Positions 26,201-37,000 of a DNA stretch of 64,000 bases are shown here, piece after piece (within the stretch, counting starts at the first letter, position 1; each line of letters begins with the position of its first letter). Source of the DNA: Eledone cirrhosa (taxonomy: Eukaryota); NCBI GenBank assembly GCA_964016885.1, contig OZ024742.1, positions 11,408,001-11,472,000 on the forward strand, read 5' to 3'. A program made the translations under genes and the position numbers. The notes beneath the pieces were generated by a model. It ran no database searches and was not told where the DNA came from. It worked only from the letters and a program-made list of their open reading frames with translations.

Positions 26201-28265
26201 ACTCCACCTCCAGCCCTCCTGCTATACAACAGTACCACTACTGCATCTCCACTCCACCTCCAGCCCTCCAGCAACACAACAGTACCACCACTACACCTCC
26301 ACTCCACCTCCAATCGTACAGCTACACAACAGTACCACCACTACAACTGCACTCCACCTCCAACCCTCCTGCTACACAACAGTACCACCACTACACCTCC
26401 ACTCTACCTCCAGCCCTCCATCTACACAACAGTACCACCACCACACCTCCATTCCACTTCCAGCCCTCCAGCTACACAACAGTACCACCACTACACCTGC
26501 ACTCCACCTCCAGACCTGCTGCTACACAACAGTACCAACACTACACCTCCACTCGAACTCCAGTCCTCCAACTACACAACAGTACCACCATTACACCTCC
26601 ACTCCACCTCCAGTCCTCCAGCTATACAACAGTACCACCACTACACCTCCACTCCACCTCCAGCCCTCCTGCTACACAACAGTTCCACCTCTACACCTCC
26701 ACTCCACCTCCAGCCCTCCTGCTACACAACAGTTCCACCTCTACACCTCCACTCCACCTCCAGACCTGCTGCTACACAACAGTACCACCACTACACATCC
26801 ACTCTACTTCCAGCCCTCCAGCTACACAACAGTCCCACCACTACACCTCCACACCCCTCCCGCCGTCCTGCTACACAAAGTACCACCACTACACCTCCAC
26901 TCCACTACAGCCCTCCTGCTACACAACAGTACCACCACTACACCTCAACTCCACCTCCAGTCGCACAGCTACACAACAGTATTACCACAACACCTCACTC
27001 CACCTCCAGCCCTCCTGCTACACAATAGTACCACCACTACACCTCCCCTCCACCTGCAGCCCTCCAGCTACACAACAGTACCACCACTACACCTCCCCTC
27101 CACCTGCAGCCCTCCAGCTACACAACAGTACCACCACTACACCTCACTCCACCTCCAGCCCTCCAGCTACACAACAGTACCACCACTACACCTCCCCTCC
27201 ACCTGCAGCCCTCCAGCTACACAACAGTACCACCACTACACCTCACTCCACCTCCAGCCCTCCTGCTACACAATAGTACCACCACTACACCTCCCCTCCA
27301 CCTGCAGCCCTCCAGCTACACAACAGTACCACCACAACACCTCACTCCACCTCCAGCCCTCCAGCTACACAACAGTACCACCACTACACCTCACTCCACC
27401 TCCAGCCCTCCAGATACACAACAGTACCACCACTACACATGCAGTCCACCTCCAGCCCTCCTGCTACACAACAGTACCAACACTACAACTCCCCTTCACC
27501 TCCAGCCCTCTAGCTACACAAAAGTACCACCACTACACCTCCACTCCAACCCTCTGCTACATTACAGTACCACCACTACACCTCCACTCCACAGGCAGTT
27601 ACACAACAGTACCACTACACCTCCACTCCACCTCCAGCACTCCTGCTACACAACAGTACTACCACTACACCTCCACTCCACCTCCAGCCCTCCTGCTACA
27701 GAAAAGTACAACCACTACACCTCCACTCTACTTCCAGCCCTCCAGCTACACAACAGTACCACCACTACACCTCTACTCCACCTCCAGCCCTCTATCTACA
27801 CAACAGTACCACCACCACACCTCCATTCCACCTCCAGCTCTCCAGCTACACAACAGTACTACCACTTCACCTCCACTCCACTTCCAGCCCTCCATCTACA
27901 CAACAGTACCACCACTTCACCTCCACTCCACCTCCAGTCCTCCAGCTATACCACAGTACCACCACTACACCTCCAGCTCTCCAGGTACACAACAGTCCCA
28001 CCTCTACACCTCCACTCCACCTCCAGCCCTCCTGCTACAAAACAGTATCACCACTACATCTCCACTCCACCTCCAGCTACACAACAGTACCACCACTACA
28101 CCTCCACACCACCCCTCCAGGTATACAACAGTTCCACCTCTACACCTCCACTCCACCTCCAGCCCTCCAGCTACACAACAGTACGACCACTACACCTCCA
28201 CTCCACCCTCCAGCTATACAAAAGTACCACCACTCCACCTCCACTCCACCTCCTGCTACACAACA
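20264..28265. repeat. ~8-kb minisatellite with a 50-bp unit, CTACACAACAGTACCACCACTACACCTCCACTCCACCTCCAGCCCTCC(T/A)G
   Basis: Roughly 165-175 diverged units with frequent 1-, 3- and ~10-nt deletions. The translation cycles through all three frames every 50 aa, as expected for a unit not divisible by 3. Confidence 0.95.
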
Positions 28266-28359
28266 ATACAACAACACCTAACAATCAGTTCAACAACTTC
28301 ACACAGTCTCTACCGGAAGTCAATAAATGTAGCTGTCTCTTCTAAGGGAGAGATGATGC

Positions 28360-28585
28360 ACAACACACACACTGGCTGCTACGTACAACACACACACACA
28401 CACTGGCTGCTACGTACAACACACACACACACACTGGCTGCTACGTACAACACACACACACACACTGGCTGCTACGTACAAAACACACACTGGCTGCTAC
28501 GTACAACACACACACACACACTGGCTGCTACGTACAACACACACACACACACTGGCTGCTACGTACAACACACACACACACACAT
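28360..28585. repeat. Seven copies of CTGGCTGCTACGTACAA plus a variable (CA)n
   Basis: Directly visible. Confidence 0.92.
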
Positions 28586-28733
28586 ATATATATACATATA
28601 TATACATATATAAACATATATATATATAGATCATGTCTCCACACACCAATGATGGCTGCTCAATATATTAAAAGACTAATCTATCAGTGTCAAATTGGCA
28701 TAGATTAATAGGTGGGGGGAGGAGGGGGTTCTT

Positions 28734-30986
28734 TTACCACCCACCACCTTCACTACCATCACCAATAACAACATCGCCACCATCATCCCTACCATCATCA
28801 CTACCATCACCAGCAACATGGCCACCGTCGTCCCTACCATCATCACTACCATTACCACCAACATGGCCACCATCGTCGCTACCGTCACCAATACCATCAC
28901 CAGCAACATCACCACCATCGTCGCTACCGTCACCAATACCATCACCACCAATATCGCCACCATCGTACCTACCATCACCAATACCATCACCAGCAACATC
29001 GCTACCATCGTCCCTACCATCATCACTACCATCACCAGCAACATCACCACCATCGTCGCTACCGTCACCACTACCATCACCAATACCAACATCGTCACCA
29101 TCGTCGCTACCGTCACCAATACCATCACCACCAATATCGCCACCATCGTACCTACCATCACCAATACCATCACCACCAATATCGCCACCATCGTCCCTAC
29201 CATCACCACTACCATCACCATCAACATCGCCACCGTCGTCCCTACAATCATCACTACCATCACCACCAACATGGCCACCATCGTCCCTACCATCATCACT
29301 ACCATCACCACCAACATGGCCACCATCGTCCCTACCATCACCAATACCATCATCACTACCATCACCACCAACATGGCCACCATCGTCCCTACCATCATCA
29401 TTACCATCATCACTACCATCACCACCAACATCACCACCATCGTCGCTACCATCATCACTACCATCACCACCAACATGGCCACCATCGTCGCTACCATCAT
29501 CACTACCATCACCAACAATATCGCCACCATCGTCCCTACCATCATCACTACCATCACCACCAACATGGCCACCATCGTCCCTACCATCATCACTACCATC
29601 ACCACCAACATGGCCACCATCGTCCCTACCATCATCACTACCATCACCACCAACATGGCCACCATCGTCGCTACCATCATCACTACCATCACCACCAACA
29701 TGGCCACCATCGTCGCTACCATCATCACTACCATCACCACCAACATGGCCACCATCGTCCCTACCATCATCACTACCATCACCACCAACATGGCCACCAT
29801 CGTCCCTACCATCATCACTACCATCACCACCAACATGGCCACCACCGTCGCTACCATCATCACTACCATCACCACCAACATGGCCACCATCGTCGCTACC
29901 ATCATCACTACCATCACCACCAACATGGCCACCATCGTCGCTACCATCATCACTACCATCACCACCAACATCACCACCATCGTCCCTACCATCACCAATA
30001 CCATCACCACCAACATGGCCACCATCGTCGCTACCATCACCAATACCATCACCACCAACATGGCCACCATCGTCGCTACCATCATCACTACCATTACCAC
30101 CAACATGGCCACCATCGTCCCTACCATCATCACTACCATCACCACCAACATGGCCACCATCGTCCCTACCATCATCACTACCATCACCACCAACATGGCC
30201 ACCATCGTCCCTACAATCATCACTACCATCACCACCAACATGGCCACCATCGTCCCTACCATCACCAATACCATCACCACCAACATGGCCACCATCGTCG
30301 CTACCATCATCACTACCATCACCACCAACATGGCCACCATCGTCGCTACCATCATCACTACCATCACCACCAACATGGCCACCATCGTCCCTACCATCAT
30401 CATTACCATCATCACTACCATCACCACCAACATGGCCACCACCGTCGCTACCATCATCACTACCATCACCACCAACATGGCCACCATCGTCTCTACCATC
30501 ATCACTACCATCACCACCAACATGGCCACCATCGTCCCTACCATCATCATTACCATCATCACTACCATCACCACCAACATGGCCACCACCGTCGCTACCA
30601 TCATCACTACCATCACCACCAACATGGCCACCATCGTCCCTACCATCATCACTACCATCACCACCAACATGGCCACCATCGTGGCTACCATCAATACTAC
30701 TATCACCACCAACATGGCCACCATCGTCTCTACCATCATCACTACCATCACCACCAACATGGCCACCATCGTCCCTACCATCATCACTACCACCATCACA
30801 ACATTCATCGTCCCTACCGTCAATACCATCGTTCCAACCATCGTCCCCAACATCACTACAATCATAACAATCATCATCACTGCCATTTCCCTCACAATTG
30901 GCACTATTACTACCACTACTTCCACTACTGCTATTATAGAGAACACTATTACCACCCGTACTATGACATATACCACCCCTACACTT
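28734..30986 (-). CDS. Candidate Gly/Asp/Ser/His-rich repeat exon, (DGSDDGRDDGGHVGG)n, with no Met
   Basis: A stop-free frame of ~750 codons runs from TAG (30987-30989) to TAA (28734-28736). It is preceded by the acceptor-like TACTTATTTCTAG. Other frames are open too, so coding status is unproven. Confidence 0.25.
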   Translation of the reverse strand, partial: KCRGGICHSTGGNSVLYNSSSGSSGSNSANCEGNGSDDDCYDCSDVGDDGWNDGIDGRDDECCDGGSDDGRDDGGHVGGDGSDDGRDDGGHVGGDSSIDGSHDGGHVGGDGSDDGRDDGGHVGGDGSDDGSDGGGHVGGDGSDDGNDDGRDDGGHVGGDGSDDGRDDGGHVGGDGSDDGSDGGGHVGGDGSDDGNDDGRDDGGHVGGDGSDDGSDDGGHVGGDGSDDGSDDGGHVGGDGIGDGRDDGGHVGGDGSDDCRDDGGHVGGDGSDDGRDDGGHVGGDGSDDGRDDGGHVGGNGSDDGSDDGGHVGGDGIGDGSDDGGHVGGDGIGDGRDDGGDVGGDGSDDGSDDGGHVGGDGSDDGSDDGGHVGGDGSDDGSDGGGHVGGDGSDDGRDDGGHVGGDGSDDGRDDGGHVGGDGSDDGSDDGGHVGGDGSDDGSDDGGHVGGDGSDDGRDDGGHVGGDGSDDGRDDGGHVGGDGSDDGRDDGGDIVGDGSDDGSDDGGHVGGDGSDDGSDDGGDVGGDGSDDGNDDGRDDGGHVGGDGSDDGIGDGRDDGGHVGGDGSDDGRDDGGHVGGDGSDDCRDDGGDVDGDGSGDGRDDGGDIGGDGIGDGRYDGGDIGGDGIGDGSDDGDDVGIGDGSGDGSDDGGDVAGDGSDDGRDDGSDVAGDGIGDGRYDGGDIGGDGIGDGSDDGGDVAGDGIGDGSDDGGHVGGNGSDDGRDDGGHVAGDGSDDGRDDGGDVVIGDGSEGGGW
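28741..30860. repeat. 45-bp tandem repeat, ACCACCAACATGGCCACCATCGTC(C/G)CTACCATCATCACTACCATC, ~45 copies
   Basis: Homogeneous centre with diverged ends. All visible indels are multiples of 3 (e.g. +12), so the long frames stay open. Confidence 0.95.
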
Positions 30987-31028
30987 CTAGAAATAAGTAT
31001 TCCCTTTGCAGCTCCAATAACAATTCGC

Positions 31029-34000
31029 TTATTCCTCTGTGGGTAAGGAAGAGGGCAAACCGTCAGAGTATTGGACGCTCTCTGATAGGTTTAAGGTAGA
31101 GCTTGTAGCAGTGGAGACTTCTGACGTTCTTGGTCCCGGGACCACAACACTGCTGACTGATTGGTTTAAGGTAGAACTTGTAGCAGTGGAGACTTCTGAC
31201 GTTCTTGGTCCCGGGACCACAACACTGCTGACTGATTGGTTTAAGGTAGAGCTTGTAGCAGTGGAGTCTTCTGACGTTCTTGGTCCCGGGACCACAACAC
31301 TCCTGACTGATTGGTTTAAGGTAGAGCTTGTAGCAGTGGAGTCTTCTGACGTTCTTGGTCCCGAGACCACAACACTGCTGACTGATTGGTTTAAGGTAGA
31401 GCTTGTAGCAGTGGAGACTTCGGGCGTTCTTGGTCCCGGGACCACAACACTGCTGACTGATTGGTTTAAGGTAGAGCTTGTAGCAGTGGAGTGTTCTGAC
31501 GTTCTTGGTCCCGGGACCACAACACTGCTGACTGATTGGTTTAAGGTAGAGCTTGTAGCAGTGGAGACTTCGGGCATTCTTGGTCCCGGGACCACAACAC
31601 TGCTGACTGATTGGTTTAAGGTAGAGCTTGTAGCAGTGGAGACTTCTGACGTTCTTGGTCCCGGGACCACATCACTGCTGACTGATTGCTTTAAGGTAGA
31701 ACTTGTAGCAGTGGAGACTTCTGACGTTCTTGGTCCCGGGACCACAACACTGCTGACTGATTGGTTTAAGGTAGAGCTTGTAGCAGTGGAGTCTTCTGAC
31801 GTTCTTGGTCCCGGGACCACAACACTCCTGACTGATTGGTTTAAGGTAGAGCTTGTAGCAGTGGAGTCTTCTGACGTTCTTGGTCCCGGGACCACAACAC
31901 TGCTGACTGATTGGTTTAAGGTAGAGCTTGTAGCAGTGGAGACTTCGGGCGTTCTTGGTCCCGGGACCACAACACTGCTGACTGATTGGTTTAAGGTAGA
32001 GCTTGTAGCAGTGGAGTGTTCTGACGTTCTTGGTCCCGGGACCACAACACTCCTGCCTGATTGGCTTAAGGTAGAGCTTGTAGCAGTGGAGTCTTCTGAC
32101 GTTCCTGGTCCCGGGACCACAACACTGCTGACTGATTGGTTTAAGGTAGAGCTTGTAGCAGTGGAGACTTCCGGCGTTCTTGGTCCCGGGACCACAACAC
32201 TCCTGACTGATTGGTTTAAGGTAGAGCTTGTAGCAGTGGAGTCTTCTGACGTTCTTGGTCCCGGGACCACAACACTGCTGACTGATTGGTTTAAGGTAGA
32301 GCTTGTAGCAGTGGAGTCTTCTGATGTTCTTGGTCCCGGGACCACAACACTGCTGACTGATTGCTTTAAGGTAGAGCTTGTAGCAGTGGTGTCTTCTGAC
32401 GTTCTTGGTCCCGGGACCACAACACTGCTGACTGATTGGTTTAAGGTAGAGCTTAAAGCAGTGGAGACTTCCGGCGTTCTTGGTCTCGGGACCCCAACAC
32501 TCCTGACTGATTGGTTTAAGGTAGAGCTTGTAGCAGTGGAGTCTTCTGACGTTCTTGGTCCCCGGACCACAACACTGTTTTGCATATTGTTTTAAGGTAG
32601 AGCTTGTAGCAGTGGAGTGTTCTGACGTTCTTGGTCCCGGGACCACAACACTGCTGACTGATTGGTTTAAGGTAGAGCTTGTAGCAGTGGAGTCTTCTGA
32701 TGTTCTTGGTCCCGGGACCACAACACTCCTGACTGATTGCTTTAAGGTAGAGCTTGTAGCAGTGGTGTCTTCTGACGTTCTTGGTCCCGGGACCACAACA
32801 CTCCTGACTGATTGGTTTAAGGTAGAGCTTGTAGCAGTGGAGACTTCTGACGTTCTTGGTCCCGGGACCACAACATTGCTGACTGATTGGTTTAAGGTAG
32901 AGCTTGTAGCAGTGGAGTGTTCTGACGTTCTTGGTCCCGGGACCACAACACTGCTGACTGATTGGTTTAAGGTAGAGCTTGTAGCAGTGGAGTCTTCTGA
33001 CGTTCTTGGTCCCGGGACCACAACACTGCTGACTGATTGGTTTAAGGTAGAGCTTGTAGCAGTGGAGACTTCGGGCGTTCTTGGTCCCGGGACCACAACA
33101 CTGCTGACTGATTGGTTTAAGGTAGAGCTTGTAGCAGTGGAGTGTTCTGACGTTCTTGGTCCCGGGACCACAACACTCCTGCCTGATTGGCTTAAGGTAG
33201 AGCTTGTAGCAGTGGAGTCTTCTGACGTTCCTGGTCCCGGGACCACAACACTGCTGACTGATTGGTTTAAGGTAGAGCTTGTAGCAGTGGAGACTTCCGG
33301 CGTTCTTGGTCCCGGGACCACAACACTCCTGACTGATTGGTTTAAGGTAGAGCTTGTAGCAGTGGAGTCTTCTGACGTTCTTGGTCCCGGGACCACAACA
33401 CTGCTGACTGATTGGTTTAAGGTAGAGCTTGTAGCAGTGGAGTCTTCTGATGTTCTTGGTCCCGGGACCACAACACTGCTGACTGATTGCTTTAAGGTAG
33501 AGCTTGTAGCAGTGGTGTCTTCTGACGTTCTTGGTCCCGGGACCACAACACTGCTGACTGATTGGTTTAAGGTAGAGCTTAAAGCAGTGGAGACTTCCGG
33601 CGTTCTTGGTCTCGGGACCCCAACACTCCTGACTGATTGGTTTAAGGTAGAGCTTGTAGCAGTGGAGTCTTCTGACGTTCTTGGTCCCCGGACCACAACA
33701 CTGTTTTGCATATTGTTTTAAGGTAGAGCTTGTAGCAGTGGAGTGTTCTGACGTTCTTGGTCCCGGGACCACAACACTGCTGACTGATTGGTTTAAGGTA
33801 GAGCTTGTAGCAGTGGAGTCTTCTGATGTTCTTGGTCCCGGGACCACAACACTCCTGACTGATTGCTTTAAGGTAGAGCTTGTAGCAGTGGTGTCTTCTG
33901 ACGTTCTTGGTCCCGGGACCACAACACTCCTGACTGATTGGTTTAAGGTAGAGCTTGTAGCAGTGGAGACTTCTGACGTTCTTGGTCCCGGGACCACAAC

Positions 34001-37000
34001 ATTGCTGACTGATTGGTTTAAGGTAGAGCTTGTAGCAGTGGAGTGTTCTGACGTTCTTGGTCCCGGGACCACAACACTGCTGACTGATTGGTTTAAGGTA
34101 GAGCTTGTAGCAGTGGAGTCTTCTGACGTTCTTGGTCCCGGGACCACAACACTGCTGACTGATTGGTTTAAGGTAGAGCTTGTAGCAGTGGAGACTTCTG
34201 ACGTTCTTGGTCCCGGGACCACAACACTGCTGACTGATTGGTTTAAGGTAGAGCTTGTAGCAGTGGAGTCTTCTGACGTTCTTGGTTCCGGGACCACATC
34301 ACTGCTGACTGATTGGTTTAAGGTAGAGCTTGTAGCAGTGGAGACTTCTGACGTTCTTGATCCCGGGACCACAACACTGCTGACTGATTGGTTTAAGGTA
34401 GAGCTTGTAGCAGTGGAGTCTTCTGACGTTCTTGGTCCCGGGACCACAACACTGCTGACTGATTGGTTTAAGGTAGAGCTTGTAGCAGTGGAGTCTTCTG
34501 ACGTTCTTGGTCCCGGGACCACAACACTGCTGACTGATTGGTTTAAGGTAGAGCTTGTAGCAGTGGAGTCTTCTGACGTTCTTGGTCCCGGGACCACAAC
34601 ACTCCTCACTGATTAGTTTAATGTAGAGCTTGTAGCAGTGGAGTCTTCTGACGTTCTTGGTCCCGGGACCACAACACTGCTGACTGATTGGTTTAAGGTA
34701 GAGCTTGTAGCAGTGGAGACTTCCGGCGTTCTTGGTCTCGGGACCCTAACACTCCTGACTGATTGGTTTAAGGTAGAGCTTGTAGCAGTGGAGTGTTCTG
34801 ACGTTCTTGGTCCCGGGACCACAACACTCCTGACTGATTGGTTTAAGGTAGAGCTTGTAGCAGTGGAGTGTTCTGACGTTCTTGATCCCGGGACCACAAC
34901 ACTCCTGACTGATTAGTTTAAGGTAGAGCTTGTAGCAGTGGAGTCTGCTGACGTTTTTGGTCCCGGGACCACAACACTGCTGACTGATTGGTTTAAGGTA
35001 GAGCTTGTAGCAGTTGAGACTTCGGGTGTTCTTGGTCTCGGACCCCAACAATCCTGACTGATTGGTTTAAGGTAGAGCTTGTAGCAGTGGAGTCTTCTGA
35101 CTTTCTTGGTCCCGGGACCACAACACTGCTGACTGATTGGTTTAAGGTAGAGCTTGTAGCAGTGGAGACATCGGGCGTCCTTGGTCCCGGGACCACAACA
35201 CTGCTGACTGATTGGTTTAAGGTAGAGCTTGTAGCAGTGGAGTCTTCTGACGTTCTTGGTCCCGGGACCACAACACTGCTGACTGATTGGTTTAAGGTAG
35301 AGCTTGTAGCAGTGGAGTCTTCTGACGTTCTTGGTCCCGGGACCACAACACTGCTGACTGATTGGTTTAAGGTAGAGCTTGTAGCAGTGGAGTCTTCTGA
35401 CGTTCTTGGTCCCGGGACCACAACACTGCTGACTGATTGGTTTAAGGTAGAGCTTGTAGCAGTGGAGTCTTCTGACGTTCTTGGTCCCGGGACCACAACA
35501 CTCCTCACTGATTAGTTTAAGGTAGAGCTTGTAGCAGTGGAGTCTTCTGACGTTCTTGGTCCCGGGACCACAACACTGCTGACTGATTGGTTTAAGGTAG
35601 AGCTTATAGCAGTGGAGACTTCCGGCGTTCTTGTTCTCGGGACCCCAACACTCCTGACTGATTGGTTTAAGGTAGAGCTTGTAGCAGTGGAGTCTTCTGA
35701 CGTTCTTGGTCCCGGGACCACAACATTCCTGACTGATTGGTTTAAGGTAGAGCTTGTAGCAGTGGAGACTTCGGGCGTTCTTGGTCCCGGGACCACAACA
35801 CTGCTGACTGATTGGTTTAAGGTAGAGCTTGTAGCAGTGGAGTGTTCTGACGTTCTTGATCCCGGGACCACAACACTCCTGACTGATTAGTTTAAGGTAG
35901 AGCTTGTAGCAGTCGAGTCTGCTGACGTTCTTGGTCCCGGGACCACAACACTGCTGACTGATTGGTTTAAGGTAGAGCTTGTAGCAGTTGAGACTTCGGG
36001 CGTTCTTGGTCTCGGGACCCCAACAATCCTGACTGATTGGTTTAAGGTAGAGCTTGTAGCAGTGGAGTCTTCTGACGTTCTTGGTCCCGGGACCACAACA
36101 CTGCTGACTGATTGGTTTAAGGTAGAGCTTGTAGCAGTGGAGACTTCGGGCGTTCTTGGTCCCGGGACCACAACACTGCTGACTGATTGCTTTAAGGTAG
36201 AGCTTGTAGCAGTGGAGTCTTCTGACGTTCTTGGTCCCGGGACCACAACACCGCTGACTGATTGGTTTAAGGTAGAGCTTGTAGCAGTGGAGACTTCCCG
36301 CGTTCATGGTCTTGGGACCCCAACACTCCTGACTGATTGGTTTAAGGTAGAGCTTGTAGCAGTGGTGTCTTCTGGCGTTCTTGGTCCCGGGACCACAACA
36401 CTGCTGACTGATTGGTTTAAGGTAGAGCTTGTAGCAGTGGAGACTTCGGGCATTCTTGGTCCCGGGACTACAACACTGCTGACTGATTGCTTTAAGGTAG
36501 AGCTTGTAGCAGTGGAGACTTCGGGCGTTCTTGGTCCCGGGACCACAACACTGCTGACTGATTGGTTTAAGTTAGAGCTTGTAGCAGAGGAGTCTTCTGA
36601 CGTTCTTGGTCCCGGGACCACAACACTGCTGACTGATTGGTTTAAGGTAGAGCTTGTAGCAGTGGAGTCTTCGGGCATTCTTTGTCCCGGGACCACAACA
36701 CTGCTGACTGATTGGTTTAAGGTAGAGCTTGAAGCAGCGGAGTCTTCTGACGTTCTTGGTCCCGGGACCACAACACTCCTGACTGATTGGTTTAAGGTAG
36801 AGCTTGTAGCAGTGGAGACTTCGGGCGTTCTTGGTCCCAGGACCACAACACTGCTGACTGATTGCTTTAAGGTAGAGCTTGTAGCAGTGGAGTCTTCTGA
36901 CGTTCTTGGTCCCGGGACCACAACACTGCTGACTGATTGGTTTAAGGTAGAGCTTGTAGCAGTGGAGACTACCGGCGTTCTTGGTCTCGGGACCCCAACA

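Noticed and set aside
21136-27276. Long His/Pro/Thr ORFs (362-854 aa)
   Set aside because: The 50-bp unit is not a multiple of 3 and has frequent frameshifting indels. The frames stay open only because the C/A-rich strand lacks stop codons.
28360-28585. CRISPR-like repeat-spacer pattern
   Set aside because: The spacers are only (CA)n of varying length.
28676-30976. 766-aa Met/Val ORF and the overlapping Pro/Ser ORF
   Set aside because: These are alternative frames of a triplet-derived repeat. An uninterrupted hydrophobic Met/Val polymer is implausible, and neither ORF has independent support.
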